Source: Bilabrum cf. latius (taxonomy: Eukaryota). From it: a stretch of 64,000 bases of DNA. The stretch spans positions 248,001 to 312,000 of the forward strand of contig OZ237746.1 of NCBI GenBank assembly GCA_965178125.1. The letters are read 5' to 3'. Shown here one piece after another: positions 12,341 through 26,724 of this stretch. How positions within the stretch are numbered: position 1 is the first letter of the stretch; each line of letters begins with the position of its first letter. A program made the translations under genes and the position numbers. The notes under the pieces are model-generated. The model searched no databases. It was not told the DNA's origin and saw only the letters and a program-made list of their open reading frames with translations.

Positions 12341-15300
12341 AACAGAAGAATCTGATGACTTTAAATGCCTGACAATCTACGTGAGACCCTTCTTGGACTC
12401 ACAAATTTCACGTGTTGCCTTCGCATGGCCGCTTGCCAGGAGAGTTAGAGCTTGCAAAGATGCGTCGACAATGTCTTTTTTGCTAGAAGCTAGTTGCTTG
12501 AGCAGAGAAAGAACTGCACCTGCACCAATGACTGCAATTTTAAAAGTTGCACCAGCCTCAGCAAGAAGGCCTAACGACTGGATCAGCGGGCAAAGTGACC
12601 CAGCTGTTAAGTTGGTCTTGAGCACATTGACAACACAACGAAGCTGACTTGGCCTTGCAAGAGCCTTCTTTGCCTCCATGGAGCCCGCAGCAAAGTCAGC
12701 AATGAAACGACTGAATGCCATTGCGTTGGCGGTGTTGTCGGATAGCAATGCGGTCACAGCAACTGGCAAGGCAGCGGCATCAAGCAGAGCTGCTTGCACT
12801 TCTACAGGGCCACCTGCCAGGCTTGACAGAACCTCGATGGCTGATTGTGCTACAGGTCTACTAGCCCCAGTCTTCAGTATCTGCAGTAAGGAGGTCACAG
12901 CACCATACTTTACAAGCTTACGCTAGGTACTGGCATTAGACCGACAAAGCGGGACAAGTGCTCGTGCAGCGTGCAGCGCTTCAGGTGCAGGATCGCTCGC
13001 AAGAATCGCTACGATCGACTCCATTGCTTTGGACGATTTAAGTAGTTGCTCGCGAACATGAATCGAATGAACAGCTAGTACGCAAAGTGCTATAGTCGCA
13101 TGCCTTATGGTATCAAGCTGCTGATATTCGAAAAGACGGAGCAGAGGTGGCACCACGCCGGCGTCTACAATTACTTTGCAAGTCTCTTCCGTTGCGGAAG
13201 CAGCAGCCAACGCTGCAACAGTATGGCACGCGTCTTCTACCGCTTTGGCGAAAATTTCTGCAGCTGATGGCTCGCTGGCTTCAGCCCGCCGACTCTTCTT
13301 GTACTCGTAGGCCGTCTGATCGGATTGCAGCACTCTGACCATCGCCGGCAGAACACCCCCCTGAATCAACTTGACGTGAACATCGTTGCAATGTGTTTTG
13401 GCCAGATTCAATACTACCTAGTGCGCAAGGCCAACAGATTCAGGCACAACAGGCTTAACCACTGATAGCAAGATTGGAAGTGCTCCAGCCTCTATGACTG
13501 CCTTTGAGATCGGCACCACTTCTGTGTTGCACGTCAGGTGGCAAAAGCATCGCATGAGAGGGTCAATTTCGAATGAGTACGCTCGATCAAGATGTTGACA
13601 AACCCGAAGAAGCTACTTCATTCCGTCCGCATCCACGAATTGTTGCTTCACATCATCTCTGCCGTCAAGCAGACATTCAAGGATCTCGTAACCGGTGGAT
13701 ATTGGCTCCAGGTACCAAAGGATTGGCACCTCTTTCGCGCGGACATTGATTGCACCAGCATCGATGATGGCCTGGATGATACTTGGGTCTCTTCCCGTTG
13801 CGAATGATTCCAAGCAAGCCAGGCATTCTCCCATTTCGCAGCGGTCTAAGGAGCCCATGCGCAGCATCTCCATCAGTCCATCGAGCATTCCGGCATCTAT
13901 AGCAGCCCGCTAAACGTGCACACAGCCCTCACATATGTAGCAAATGACATTGGTTGCAGTAATGCGACAGTAACCGCTGGATGGGTCCAATGCTGCCACG
14001 AGAATAGGCAAAGCGCCGGCTCTGACAACTGCCATCTTCATTTCATTTCGTCCTTTTACCACTTTCCCAAGGCACTCACCAGCTTCGAATCCTGCCTATA
14101 ACGCCCAACAGGTATCGGATACTTCGTTTTTGTATCCAACTATTGCCACTAGCGCCTCAATTGCGTCTTGGTTGGCAGACAACCCTGTATCGTAGTGGTA
14201 CCAGGCGTTCTAGACAAGGAACTTGGCATGCAAGTAGCCTCGGATAGGCACGCTTCTTCCTGAAATATATATACCACCAGCCTCTACTACTCCTTGATTT
14301 ACCTGTGGACTGCTGCTGTCTACGATGGCATCAAGACAATCCTCTAGCTCCTCGCGTTCATCATGGTCTTGTTGGACTCGGTTTATCAGGTTAACGAGAG
14401 TCGCGATTGCACCAGCCTGTGCTGCAGCCTCCTTGGCAAGTATTCTCACCTATTTATCGGCACTTGTGGCAAGCACATCTGAACAAACGTTTTGAAGCAG
14501 TCGCACTGCAGTAGATCGGCAGCGGTGGCTATTAGATGCAATGATTTCAACTAGCATTGGCATTACATCGGCATTGACTACAGCACTCGTTGCATCTTCG
14601 CAATTCTCGGTTAGTTCCAACAGATATTCGACAGCCTCCTACTTAATTGCCTCATGTTCCGATACTTCGTAAGGCGGCGTAAATATTATAGCCAGAATGG
14701 CCTCAATCACGCCTGCCTAGACTGCTATATCGAGCACGTCAGCACAGGCATCCACAGCTCTGAAAGCTACAAAAGCGAGAAGCCGCGTTTCGAGATTCAA
14801 AGATAGCATCATAGGAATCACACTCAAAATTCCATCGTCAACCATTGCATCATGAAAACCGTCGCCCGCAAGCGCTAGGAACCGAAAGAATCGAGCTACG
14901 GCAAGTTCCGCCCAGGTCGGTACCCCTCCTGTCCCGAGCGCACCCACCAGCTTGGGAATCGCTCGAGCAGCCATTAGCGTATCAACTTGCTTGTTCTTTG
15001 AAAGGGGTAGCAACGTAGCCAACGCATCGGCACAGCATAAAAGTCGTGCTCCATCGCATCCATCGAACTCTTCAATTAAGGATGGAACAATCTCACTTAT
15101 TACCTTCTAGACGGCGCCAGGTACCTTCCCAACGTTCTTGATAGCGCTCAGAACGGCTCGAAGCAAGCCAATTGGCTTCTTCTCTTGAATACACTGCTAG
15201 CAAATATCAATAAGCTGCAGTAATATGTTCGACTCCTCGACAGAGAGATGGGCCCCACTGCTAAACGGACGGTGCATGGCGCCAAGGAGCATTGCCGCTG

Positions 15301-17488
15301 CCTTGCGCATGGGTAAGGAATCGAGTTGTAGCATGTGAATCAGGCTCTTCAGCACTTCAGGTCCGTCCGCGGTATCATGTACCTCGTACAGAGAGCCGTG
15401 AATGGTAGTGAGGGCGCTTGCAGCATCGATGCATGCTGCAGCACTCGAACTGGACTGCGCAATCATCAGTTGCAAAGGCTGCACAGCCTCTGCGAGCTAG
15501 CAAACATGCTCAGGGCGCATGTTTTGCAAATCACTCGTAGTGACATCGAGTGATGATAGCGCCCGAATCGCTGACTACGCTGCTGAGCCCCGCATTCCTG
15601 TGACGATGCGCAAGAGTGCGCAAATATACCCGGCGTCAGCGACAAGCCTACGACGGGCGTTGGACGTGCTGGCTGCAAGGCTGGCCAACGTGTCGGCTGC
15701 CACACATACCAACTGAGAGGATGTCTACGGACACATTAGCTTCGCCAGCGACGTCGCCAAGTCTTCATTATCCACTGCGGCTTTGGCCTCGGATCCACCG
15801 CATGCTATCGCTCGAAGAGCCTCTGCAGCGTGTAGGATTTCAAGCTAGTTCAGCGATTCAAGCATGCCCGATAGCAAAGGAATCACCCCGGACTCCTCCA
15901 CCTCACTTATCTCGTGCATTGATAGAGAGGCGATTGCCAAAGCTGCGACGCATGCATTTGAGCTTACATCGGATGCAAGTAGTCGTGCTACCGCTGGCAG
16001 GCTTCCAGCTGCAATCAAGAGTCTTGAAGCTTGGCGGCTGACTGTACTGCACAACTGCACAATGAAGCAACCAATACGCGGTGGCATTGATGGATGCAGA
16101 CCCTGCAGGGACATCTAAATAATGCCGGCCATAGCGCCCCGGGAAGATAGTAGAGAGTCCACAAGCTGCCCCGCTTGGTCCTCAACCAAGGCACGAACGG
16201 CTGGAGCAGCGCTCTCTAGGTTCAGGATCCCGAGCCCGGTGTATATGCAATACAGTAGACTAGTCCATCCCGCGAAGTTGGGCGCAGAAGCAAGTGCGAG
16301 CAAGTCCGCCTTGGCTGCATCTATCGCGCTGCTCTCCGGACACGGCCCGCACAGCAGCGGCAGCAGGCGACGTGCATCTTGATCGATGGCAGGATCCCCC
16401 GAGGTGGGGAAGCGCCTGGGAGCGTAGGTCAGATACTCATCAATGGCGAGCATGAGGTCATCGGTACCTGCTGCCTCGGTCACCGTTGCCACTAGCTTGG
16501 CCAGCAGCGGCGGTTGCCTGTGCTAGCCAGCTCTGGCTGCGGTTGCCGAGGCAGCGTCGGTGCCTGTTCTTTTCGCCTCGGACCTCGTCGCAGCCTTGTT
16601 GAACACTCGTGAGAGGCTGGTCAGAGCGTCGAGGCATGTACCCTTGAACTGAGGGTCAATGTTCGCATTCTTGGCCGATGGGCTAGTCTGCTCCTTGCCA
16701 AGTGCGGCATCAGAGTGTGCAACTGCAGAGGACGAGGACGATGACGATGAGGGCGGAGGTCCTGCTGCCAGATGGCCTGCCGCAACTCTCGCAGCGTCAT
16801 TCTGCCGCGAAAGCACGACAGGCAGAAGCACCACCCTCCCCCCATTGCCCTCGTCACACCCCTCCGTGCTCCACGCCAGGTTGTCCATCGTGACCCAGTC
16901 CAGCGGGATGTCGAGCGAGAGAAGCAGCTGCATGATCTCCGCGATGTCGCGGGCAAGGAAGAGCTGCTCTACGTCAGGCATTGGCCTCTCCGTGCGTGCC
17001 ACCTCCGTGATCTTCTGCAGCATGGTGCACTCCACGCGCTGCAGCAGCACCACCTTGCCGAACGTACTCCTGGCAGCGTCGGGCTTCGCTCCAGCCAAAG
17101 GTGCAAGACCGCCTACAGACGATGAGATCCGGCTAGCGTCATCCTGAATAAGCCTCTGGATCCATTCGGGAACCTCCATCACCTTCTTGAACAGGATCCG
17201 ATTGACATGCGGATGACCAGGCAACTGCTGCAAGCTGTCCAAGGCTGAGGCCTGAGGATCAGATTTAGAGGCCCCCGCAACTGCGCTCGGACTAAAGGAC
17301 CCATAGACAGTACAGTCACATATGCCAGCGTTTGCGTCTACACTTGACACGCTGGAAGCTTGCTTCTTGTCGGCTTGGACATTGATGAGCACCACGCCGG
17401 GTATCTTGGCCAGCGCTCGAATATCCGAGGGAGGCACGTTTGCCCCAGTAAGTAAAGCTTCAAACCCTTCTGCTTCTTTGCCAGCCAT
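11657..17488 (-). CDS. Pseudokinase-like N-terminus + long armadillo-repeat protein, paralog A (~1943 aa)
   Basis: All ARM-like ORF fragments from 16523-17572 down to 11657-12250 share one frame, broken at TAG; terminal TGA at 11657. Repeats such as EAGAVPELVRLL and DAGVVPPLLRL. N-terminus LPGHPHVNRI...ARDIAEIMQLLL...TMDNLAW. Confidence 0.85.
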
Positions 17489-18247
17489 CTCGATTGACTT
17501 TCTCTGTAAGGGGTGAGCGAATGTAAAACTTCTCGGTGTTGCTCGGTGGGCGATGCAGTCTTTTTCTGGCAAGCTTCAAGGGAACTGGCCAGTCTGCAAC
17601 AACAAACATAGTGTTAACAATGTGCTTAACAGTATGAATTCGATGAACAGGTCGAACTTACCGACTATTGCGAAGGAATGGCTGCGATTGTCTCGATGCT
17701 GCAATTTGTATTTGTAGCGTTGGGATTGATCGCAAATCGGACTGCCAGTGCCACATCGTCGATGATGCGGTCGCTTTCTTGAGCTTGATTGTTTAAGAAA
17801 CATGCTCCAGCATGGGTTTTGACATGATGTGTTGTGCATGTACCGCTGCCTGACAGAATCGATACCTGGAGGTGTTCTTGCGCATTTCAAACAATCGGTT
17901 TCGTGGATGCAGTTGCCGCACACGCGTTGGCTCTGCATTTGGCTAGAAATAGACAGTGACAGTCCGATGCAAGTTTATATGTGCAGTATTTGGGGCTTGA
18001 ATACTGCACCAAACTGCCTACTGGCAGCTGCAGAGCACTCTGAGGTATGTGAACCAGGTTGCAACTTTGGGAAATGAATGTCAAGACTCAATTTATTTTC
18101 CAATTCAATATCATGTACAAGTCCTCAATTTATTCAATACTCCTACTCGACAATACATGCTGCAATGGCCAAGAAGGCCACAGTCCTGCCCGGTTCAAGC
18201 CCAACCCTGACACGATCACCGAACCTCTCCCCGGCTTGCACCGGCAC

Positions 18248-21200
18248 TCAGCCACTCCCACCGCCAGCCGCACCCCAAGCGCTCCTCACTGGCACAATCC
18301 CTAGGCGGACCAGAAGGTCACTGATGCCCTGGCTGGTCCCAGCCTTAGTGACTGCCGTCTGTAGCCCAGCGGACCCCCGGGCCACGCAGCGCAGGATAGT
18401 CTCCACGGCCTTCCGCGCTTTGACAGGCGTGCGCTCTCCCATGTACACCTGCACCAGCCTCGCAAGCACGCCGTCCGTCGATGCGATCGCTTGCTTGACC
18501 GCGCATGGACCGGACACAAATTTCGACAGTGCGCTGATCGCTGCACTCGCCTGAGGAGCGGGCCCAGGTGAAAGTAGCTTGCTCGCAATGGCAGGCATGG
18601 TCCCTGCCTGCAGTACAGCAGCAGCGATCTCGGGAGAGCCCCCGGCCAGCCAAGCGAGAGTAGCAGCAGCCGTGTCCCAGGTGGAGCCAGAGCTGCGCCC
18701 CAGCAGCCGCACCAGCTCGGGCACAGCACCCGCCTCAAGCATGGCTCGCTTGACCGGCATGGCCCCGCATGCCATGGTCTCGAGGAACTCGACCGTGATG
18801 ACCACGATGACGGGGTCCTAGGACTGCAGCAGGAGCAGCATGGCCGGGATAGTCCCTGCTTTCGCCAGCGACTGGCGGACGTCGTCACCACCGCTGGAGA
18901 GTCTGCCCAGGCATGCAGCGGCTTGCTTGGCGATTACAGCAGATTTCGCTGCAAGTAGAAGCTTGATCTGTGCAATGCAATCTGCGCAGTCTATGATAGA
19001 ATGCTTCACCTCCCTTGGGCCGCTTGACAAGGCAATCAGCGCGTTCAAGGCACCATTCACGACCCCATTGTCGTCTGCGGAGAGCGCAGTCGCAAGGGAC
19101 TGAAGCGCACCTGCACTCACAATGGCCTTCTGCATGTCGGTTCCAGCCTCTGCTATGGCAGTAAGTATGCCTAGGACGACCCGTTGAGGCTCAGCTGCTG
19201 CTGTCGCTTCGCACGCTAGCAGCGGTGTCAGGCACTCGAGCACAGCTGACGAGCCCATGGCGCGCTTGACCTGCAATGAGCCGAGGGACAGTCGGGCAAG
19301 CAGTCGGATAACCGCATTCGAAGATCCATGTTCCTGTTGTTGCAGCACCCTTGTCACAATAGAGAGGGTGCCAGACTGGACTAGTGCCACTTGCAAGTCC
19401 TCTGTTCCAGAGGCGAGGTTCGCCAGTACCTCAATCGCGATGCTTGACGTGCCAGCGGCCCAGCCAGGGTTAAGCAGCCTCAGCATTGCCGGTATTACCT
19501 TGTGTTCGAACAAGACCTTCTACGATTTCTCCCCCGCCCGGCTCATGCTACACAGCACAGATAGTGCTGCTCGAACCTGCTCATCACGACCACGTTCAAG
19601 CAATCTCATGATGCGGGGAAGTGCTACCTTCGATTCCAGGACAAGTGCTTGGGCCGAGTATGAATCCCGCGCAACGAAGCAAAGCGCAGTGGCTGTTTCC
19701 TGGTCATCATCGGGCGACTGTTCATTGCTACTCATGAGGTCGATCATGGCCTGCACTGCTCCTGCTTTCACTAGAGCCCCGCTGGATGCCTATGATGATT
19801 GCACCAACAACTGTAGGGTCGCGATGCACAGCCCCTTGGCCTGCATCAGGGATGATTCTTCAATGAATGAGTCGTCTTCATCGTCAGATACTACCTAGAG
19901 CAAGTCGAGTACATCGCACACTTCGGAATCTGTTTCGGCAAGCGCCGGCATCCTCGTGCGGAGAATAGACACAAGAGGCAGAAGCAGGCCGTTGGAAATG
20001 ATTGCTTCTACTATTCTGTCGCGCCTATCGACCCTTCCACAGAGCATAGCTGTGAGGCAGTCGACTGCTGCAAGCAGAACGTCGTCATTCGTGGACTCCA
20101 GACATACCCTGATCGCACTTGTGGCAGGTACTCGAAGCAGTGCCTCGATTCCATCCTGCGAGTGCTGGGCAACGTGTCGAAGACAGGCAAGCAGCTCGAT
20201 CCGTGCATCTGTTTCAGCCCTTTCATGCCATCTGGCATCGCTGGAAACTCGCAGGCAGGCGCAGATTGACTCCAAGGCGCCCTTTTTAGCACACTACTGT
20301 CTCGCCCTTGTAGACGAGCTGGCTAGAAGCTGCAGAGCTTGGGCCGCACTGTCCAGGTGTGACCTGATGTCAGTCTGTAGCAGCTGCAGTAACCTTGGAA
20401 TTGCGTTTGACTCCGAAATGTGGGCAGCATATCCCTCCCTTGGATTCTGCATGAGAGCACACAGAGCAAGGAGTGTTTGCCCGACCAGTTCGCTGTTGCC
20501 GTCATCCAAGGAAGCGACTAGGATAGGAAGAACGCCAGCATCAGCCACCCGAGCTCTCTCAGTAGCGTTGATTTCGATTATTGATAGCAGCGCTCTTGTT
20601 GCCCCAACCTTGGCGGGTGGGTACCCTTTCTTCAGTATCTGGTACAGCACTGGCACTGCACCAGCGTCAGCAACGGCCTGCGCATGTTCTTGCGAGTCGG
20701 TTGCAAGCGACACGACTGCCTACAATGCGCCAGAAGAGGTCGTCAATTCTGCTTGAGCTGATAATTTCCCAATGATTGCCGGCAAGGCACCTGCAGCCAC
20801 AACGGCCAGTCTGCATGCGCTGCAACGCGACGCCTCTTCCCCCAGCATGACCTCAACTCCGGAAGCAACAGGCTTGTTGGGTGAAGTAAGCAGGAGCAAA
20901 GCCGCCGCAGTAACTTCCCTGTGAATGGAGGCATTTGCACGCGCGGAAAAGATCTGCAACACTCTAAGCATGAGTTGCGTGCCTTGTGCAATGCATTTCT
21001 CGCTGTAGACGGTCTGCAGCAGCTACGTCGCACCAATCCGTAGCAATGCATCACCGTGAGCGACCTCCTACGCGAAAACACGGTTCAAGACGCGCTGTGC
21101 CTTTGTCTAGGTGAGATTTGGTCCCGCTACAGCAGCTTCAAAGAGACGAGCAAGCACTTTCGTGTTGACAAAGGCTCTGTGGACCTCGTCTGCATTTGTC

Positions 21201-24200
21201 AAGATGGCTCCTGCCGCTAGGCATCCCTCCGCCGAACAATCATCTCTCGCGATCAAGACCGCTAATCCTTTTAAAGCAGTACTGTTTGCAATAGCTCTCC
21301 ATTGGGATCCAGGGCATGATGCTAGAGTATGAAATGCAGCTGCGGCAGCGCGTGCTCTGTCCCTGCTTGGTGATTGCAGCTGCTCAGCAAGTCCAGGGAT
21401 GCCGCGGGCATCAACCACAGCTTGCTTCCGCTGCGCGTTCCCGAATGCAAGGCGGCGTATTGTTGATGCAATCATGGCCTGACAATGTGGTTTGGTACAT
21501 AACATGGTGCGTGTCATCACTTCCGGCTTGAATCCGATGTGGTGTACAAGCGCCGGAATCATTCCCTCTTTAGCAAATAGATGCGCTTGGTTCTTGCACG
21601 TGCGTAGAAGCCAATAGGCTGCATAGATGGCTGCTTCAGAGCGCTCCTACTCACCGGACCGCAGCATCTGCACGATTGGCATGGTAATACCAGCTTGCAG
21701 TGCGTCTTTGCCAGTCTCAGCGCTTGTGCGAAGAATGTATCCCAGGGCGAATCCTGCATTGACGGCCACGCAGTCTTGCTTGCCCAGCATTGACCGTTTG
21801 AGCTTCAATATCACGCCATACTCGACCAAGTTCTCTGTGAGTTGTGCATCTTTGGCACGGCTCACATTGAAAACTGTTTGCGTCGCTATTCGAGACTTCT
21901 GATCTGATTCTGAGTCCATCATGGAGGCAATGGATTGAATCAACTGCGAGGCTAGCAGCTCCTGCAACACATCAGTGCCCGCACAAGACAGCTGTTCGAT
22001 GCACTGCATGGATGCGATCTAGCAGGGTTCTTCGTCAGATTTCACCATGGCTTTTAATGAACGAAGCGCGTCTGACCTGGCAACCAACAGCTGTGCGCTC
22101 GATGGCCTACTGGCTACATGTGTTAGTGCTTGCGCTGCAATTATCCGACAGCCCAACGAATCCGGTTCAAGCATGCGTACTAGTCCAGGCAACGCTTTCG
22201 CATGGTCAATGGCCTCCACGCTGCTGCTCGCAGCCCTGGCAAAGGCTGCAAGAAACCGCGCCGCTGCATTTATGTTGACTTCATCATCGGAGTCCAGCAG
22301 CTTGACCATGGCCGACAGAACCCCTAATTGCTGCAGCATACGCCGAGTATCCGCGCCGCTATTGGCCAGATTCAGAAGTGCGGCATGTACATGACTCGCC
22401 GTAGCCTCAGAAGGTGGGTCCAAGGCAAGAAGCAAGCTCGGGATAGCCCGTCTCAATGCATCTGCGGCTGCGTGCATCGGTTCTGGCTTGCTCGTGGTGT
22501 ACACGCTGATACAGCGAGCAGCGATGTTGGCTATGTCATCTACCTCATGTCCTAGAAGCTCTGCACAGTTCTATAGTCCATACGCGTCGGCAAATGCGAG
22601 CTTGGCACCATCACTTGCACACATAAGGCGATGCGTCAGCTCAAGCAAAGGCAAGTGTTCGTCATCGCAGTCATCAGACTCTTGAAACCAAGCCTATAGT
22701 TTTGAAACTAAATCAGTAGCAGTGAGAACCGATGTGATTGGCAGGGGCAGAGCTTGTACCATGTAATCGAGGCAGCTTGCCGCCGTGCTTGCTGTCTCTA
22801 GGTCTGAATCGCTTTTCGCAGAGTCTACAAGGCGGAGCAGCTTTGCCAAAGCTCCTGCATTCATGGCAGCAGTTGTTCTGGGTGGCGACTGGTCACAAAG
22901 AAGACCAAGAAAATGCGCAGCACATAATGGTGGCAACCCGCTGGTATGGTCCCAGTCCAAATCTTTTGATATGTCCGGCGCTAGGGCAGCCACGATGAAG
23001 GGCAGCGTACCAGCCTCCACGATTGATTGCTTCAAGTCGTCCCGACCTTCGGCAGCAAGGTTTTCTAGGCATTCGAAGACAGAGTCACAGGAACCTACTT
23101 GACTATCGATTGATAACATCTGCACCATTGCTTGAATTGCGCCAGCCTCGAGAACAGCATCGATGATGTCGATCGGGCCTTCTTGCAGGGACTGAATGAT
23201 TCCCACCACTGACCATCTAGCTGTGATGCTTGAAGAATGCATCACTGGTAGAATGCCTAGTATTCCCTAGCCTATCATCTACTTGTGCAACTTGCGATCA
23301 CAAAAAGTAAGGGAGCAAAGGGCTGCGGCAACCTATTCCTCCACTTGAACTGGAGCTCCTCCAGACCCCAGTAGGCGAACGAGGTGGGGGATGACGCACG
23401 CGTCACAGAGTATAGATCCGAAGATCTTCGCAGAACGATAGCCCGTTGCAAGTCCAGATACCAACCCAGCCGCATGCATCGCCAGCTCACTATCATCGCC
23501 TTGGAGAATTGCGACTATAACTGCAATAATTCCAGTCTTAGCCAGATCGTGTGGGTTCTTGTCGCAATGAGCCACATTTGTGATTGTGCGTAGTGCTGCT
23601 ACAAGAACGGATCTGTCCCTTTTATCCATTACACAGCGTGTGCATAGAATACTGAGCATTGGTAGCGCACCCGCATCAACGATTGCAACTTGGGCTGTCC
23701 AGCTGCAAGCTGAGATGCTCGCTAGACACTGCGATGCAGAGTATCGTGCCTCAAGATCAGTCGAATCAAGCATTCGAGCTAGAGCGCTGAGTGCCGTTTT
23801 GGAGGCAATTCTTTCCGCCATCGATGTAGATTGACCTGCAAAAGTAGCGAGCGCGTCGGCTGCAGCACAGCTCGATGCGTCGATTGACAGCGATACTCGG
23901 TGCATCAAGGACTCTACTGCCTCAGCATCGCGAAGCCCCCGACGGACTAGATCGTTTCCTTTGGCAAAACATTCAATGGCACCGGATGCAGCTTTTGCTA
24001 CGGGTATGTCCGAGTGCTTGACTGCCTGAACGAGGTGCTCAAGGCAGCCCGACTCCAGAAGGCGGTCCAGCCGATGCTCAGCCTCGCCTCGACCCAGTCC
24101 AGAGAGGATCTCCGCCGCCGCAATCAAAAGCCTGCTAGATACGCACGTTAATAGGCATACAATACTTTGAACAGCGCCAGCTTCGACAATGGTATTCCTG

Positions 24201-25909
24201 GCTTCCTCGCCGCAGCATGCGATCGCTCGAAGAGCAACTGCGGCGTGCAGCGCTTCCGCCTCATCCATGGATGACAGCATGCGCACTAGGATTGGAATAG
24301 AGCTAGACTGGACAATAGATAAGGTCGGCCCCTTTGCTAGCCATCCTAGCGCTTGTGCGGTCGCCTGTCTGGTGCTACTGCTGTCCGTCTGCAGCAAATC
24401 AACCAAGATTGGCACAACCCCCGCATCGATCAGCAGTTCTTGAGGGCACACACTGGTTTTGCTGCCGCAAAGCTAGACTGCAAAAGCACCAACGCACGGC
24501 GGAACTGGCGGACCCGTTCCCTTTAGGATCGCAATGATTTGGTTCTTCACTGCTTTATTGGAGACATTGAGCTGTCCAGCCACAATGACGCTCTGCTCCT
24601 GAAGAAGACCGAGCAAACCAGTGGCGTCTTGGTGCATGTCCAAGATACCGAGGCCCCGGATAATGCACCACATCATCTGGACTACACTCAGGCTAGAACT
24701 GGTCCGATGAATTTCTTCAAATGCTTTTCGCGCTGCATCGATCGCGCTGCTCTCGGGACACGGCCCGCACAGCAGCGGCAGCAGCCGACGTGCATCTTGA
24801 TCGATGGCAGGATCACCAGAGGTGGGAAATCGCCGGGGCAAATGAAGAAGGTACAGCTGTAGAGCATCTAATACCTCGATTCCAGATGTTGCGTCTGCTA
24901 GTGCTGATTGAAATGCAGCAAGCGCAGGAGAATGAGCTGCCTCGACGGATAGGGCACTCAAGGCATCAGTTCCAGTAGCAGAAGAGGCAGGAGCACCTGG
25001 TCCTGGTAAGCTAGCCAACTATAGTAGTAGCTGTACACAACCGCCGAAGAACTTGGACCGGAGCAGCTTCGATGCAGCCATCCCATGGCGCCTCTCCTGC
25101 GCTGGCTTGTCCTTGTCCCTGCTGCTGCTTCCCGACGATCCACCGGCCGACGCTGCGGCTGGACCATCGGAGCATTCTCCCTCAGCACCGCTGACAAATA
25201 TGTTGCGTGATGTGGCAAATACTGGAAGCAGCACCACCCTCCCCCCATCGCCCTCGTCACACCCCTCCGTGCTCCACGCCAGGTTGTCCATCGTGAGAGC
25301 ATCTGCGTCGATGTCGTGCTGTAGCAGGAGCTGCATGATCTCAGCAATATCGCGTGCTAGCAGCATACGCCCTAGGCGTGATAGCAAATTGCTCTTGTTG
25401 TCCAACTCAGTCATGCGTTGCAGCACCGTGCAACGGATAGGTTCCTTGAGGATCGCTAGCCTGGCCTGTGCACGGCTGGATGGCGCCCGGCCTGCTGCCC
25501 CGGACTCAGAGGAACCATTGCTCGGATCAGATGTACGCTACACGCTAATTTCAGGGATGAACCCATGAAAACAGTCGGGAATGTCAAAAATTCCTTCAAA
25601 ATGGACCTGTGCAATGTTAGGATGGTAGGTCAATCGGCGTAGGAGAGTAGTCAGCTGGGCATGCCCAGTCGGGTTCATGGGGCTAGCGTGCCTATCTCCT
25701 AATCTCTATGCGATTAATGAACACGAATAGGTGGGAAGGCTTGCCTCAGCAACTGATGTGCCGCGGGGTCTCTCGCTTTTGTACAAGTTGATCAATGCTC
25801 TCCCGTCGATCGTGGTCCACACAACCTACCCGTGCTCTTCGTCGCTATTTTGAAGCAAGGTGATCAAATCTTCTTTGTGAAAATCGGACTGGCCGCCATA
25901 GTTTGCCAT
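18248..25909 (-). CDS. Pseudokinase-like N-terminus + long armadillo-repeat protein, paralog B (~2553 aa)
   Basis: ATG 25909 to TGA 18248 is 7662 nt; the intervening ARM ORF fragments are all in frame. LTYHPNIAQV and ARDIAEIMQLLLQHDID..LTMDNLAW at the N-terminus; many ARM repeats. Confidence 0.85.
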
Positions 25910-26724
25910 TGTCCGTATAGTTTCTCGTTGCTGACAGCGTATAGGCAGTAGCGAAGGTGCCTCGGAGAATACGATTTACTCTCAAAAGTAGCACAACCCT
26001 TCCAAACTTACGAAGACCCAATGATAAATCAATTTAATATAAAACGATGTTTGCAGCAAGTCTACCGAATTACTCAAAGATATGCAATAAATGGAGAATT
26101 TTATGCGCCGTGCTCGTTTTTCATAGTTGCGTTGAAATATTGAATATATCAGATCCCGATCGGTTTCGCGAAAGCAGTTGCCCTATGCTTTTTCATCAAC
26201 ACCAACGTGCTTGTACACGCATGACAGCCTTGTTCTTGGTCGCACAGTCTCTAAAACACCAGCCAAATCAATGGGACTTGACCTGGCAGGTGCCCAGGTC
26301 CCATCTTAGCGCATCCAGAGGCGTTGACTCTTTCGAGCAGCCACCTTGTTGCACTGCATTCAAGGCTTTCGAGCCAGCAAGCAATCATAGTGGCAATTAT
26401 CGTGAATATTTACTCATTGTACTGTTATACATGACACTAGCTGCGGCTCAGAGTGCAAAGTACAGATCGTCTCCATGGCTTGCTGGGCCATCCGCACCAC
26501 AAGAGACAGGGCAGCGCCCAACTCAATCGCATTTGCATCCCACTGCCACACGCGTCTCCCTTGTGCCTTACACCTGGAGCCCCCTTCCTCCTGTTGTGCT
26601 TTCCCTTTTAATACCGCACTATCGTCGCCTGTGCCAGCGTCTCCTTCTTCTTCCTTTCCGCCTCCTGTCCGTCTGCGCCCACCTCGTCTTCGGGCTCATC
26701 TCTGCTCCCCGTCGCTTATCCTAC

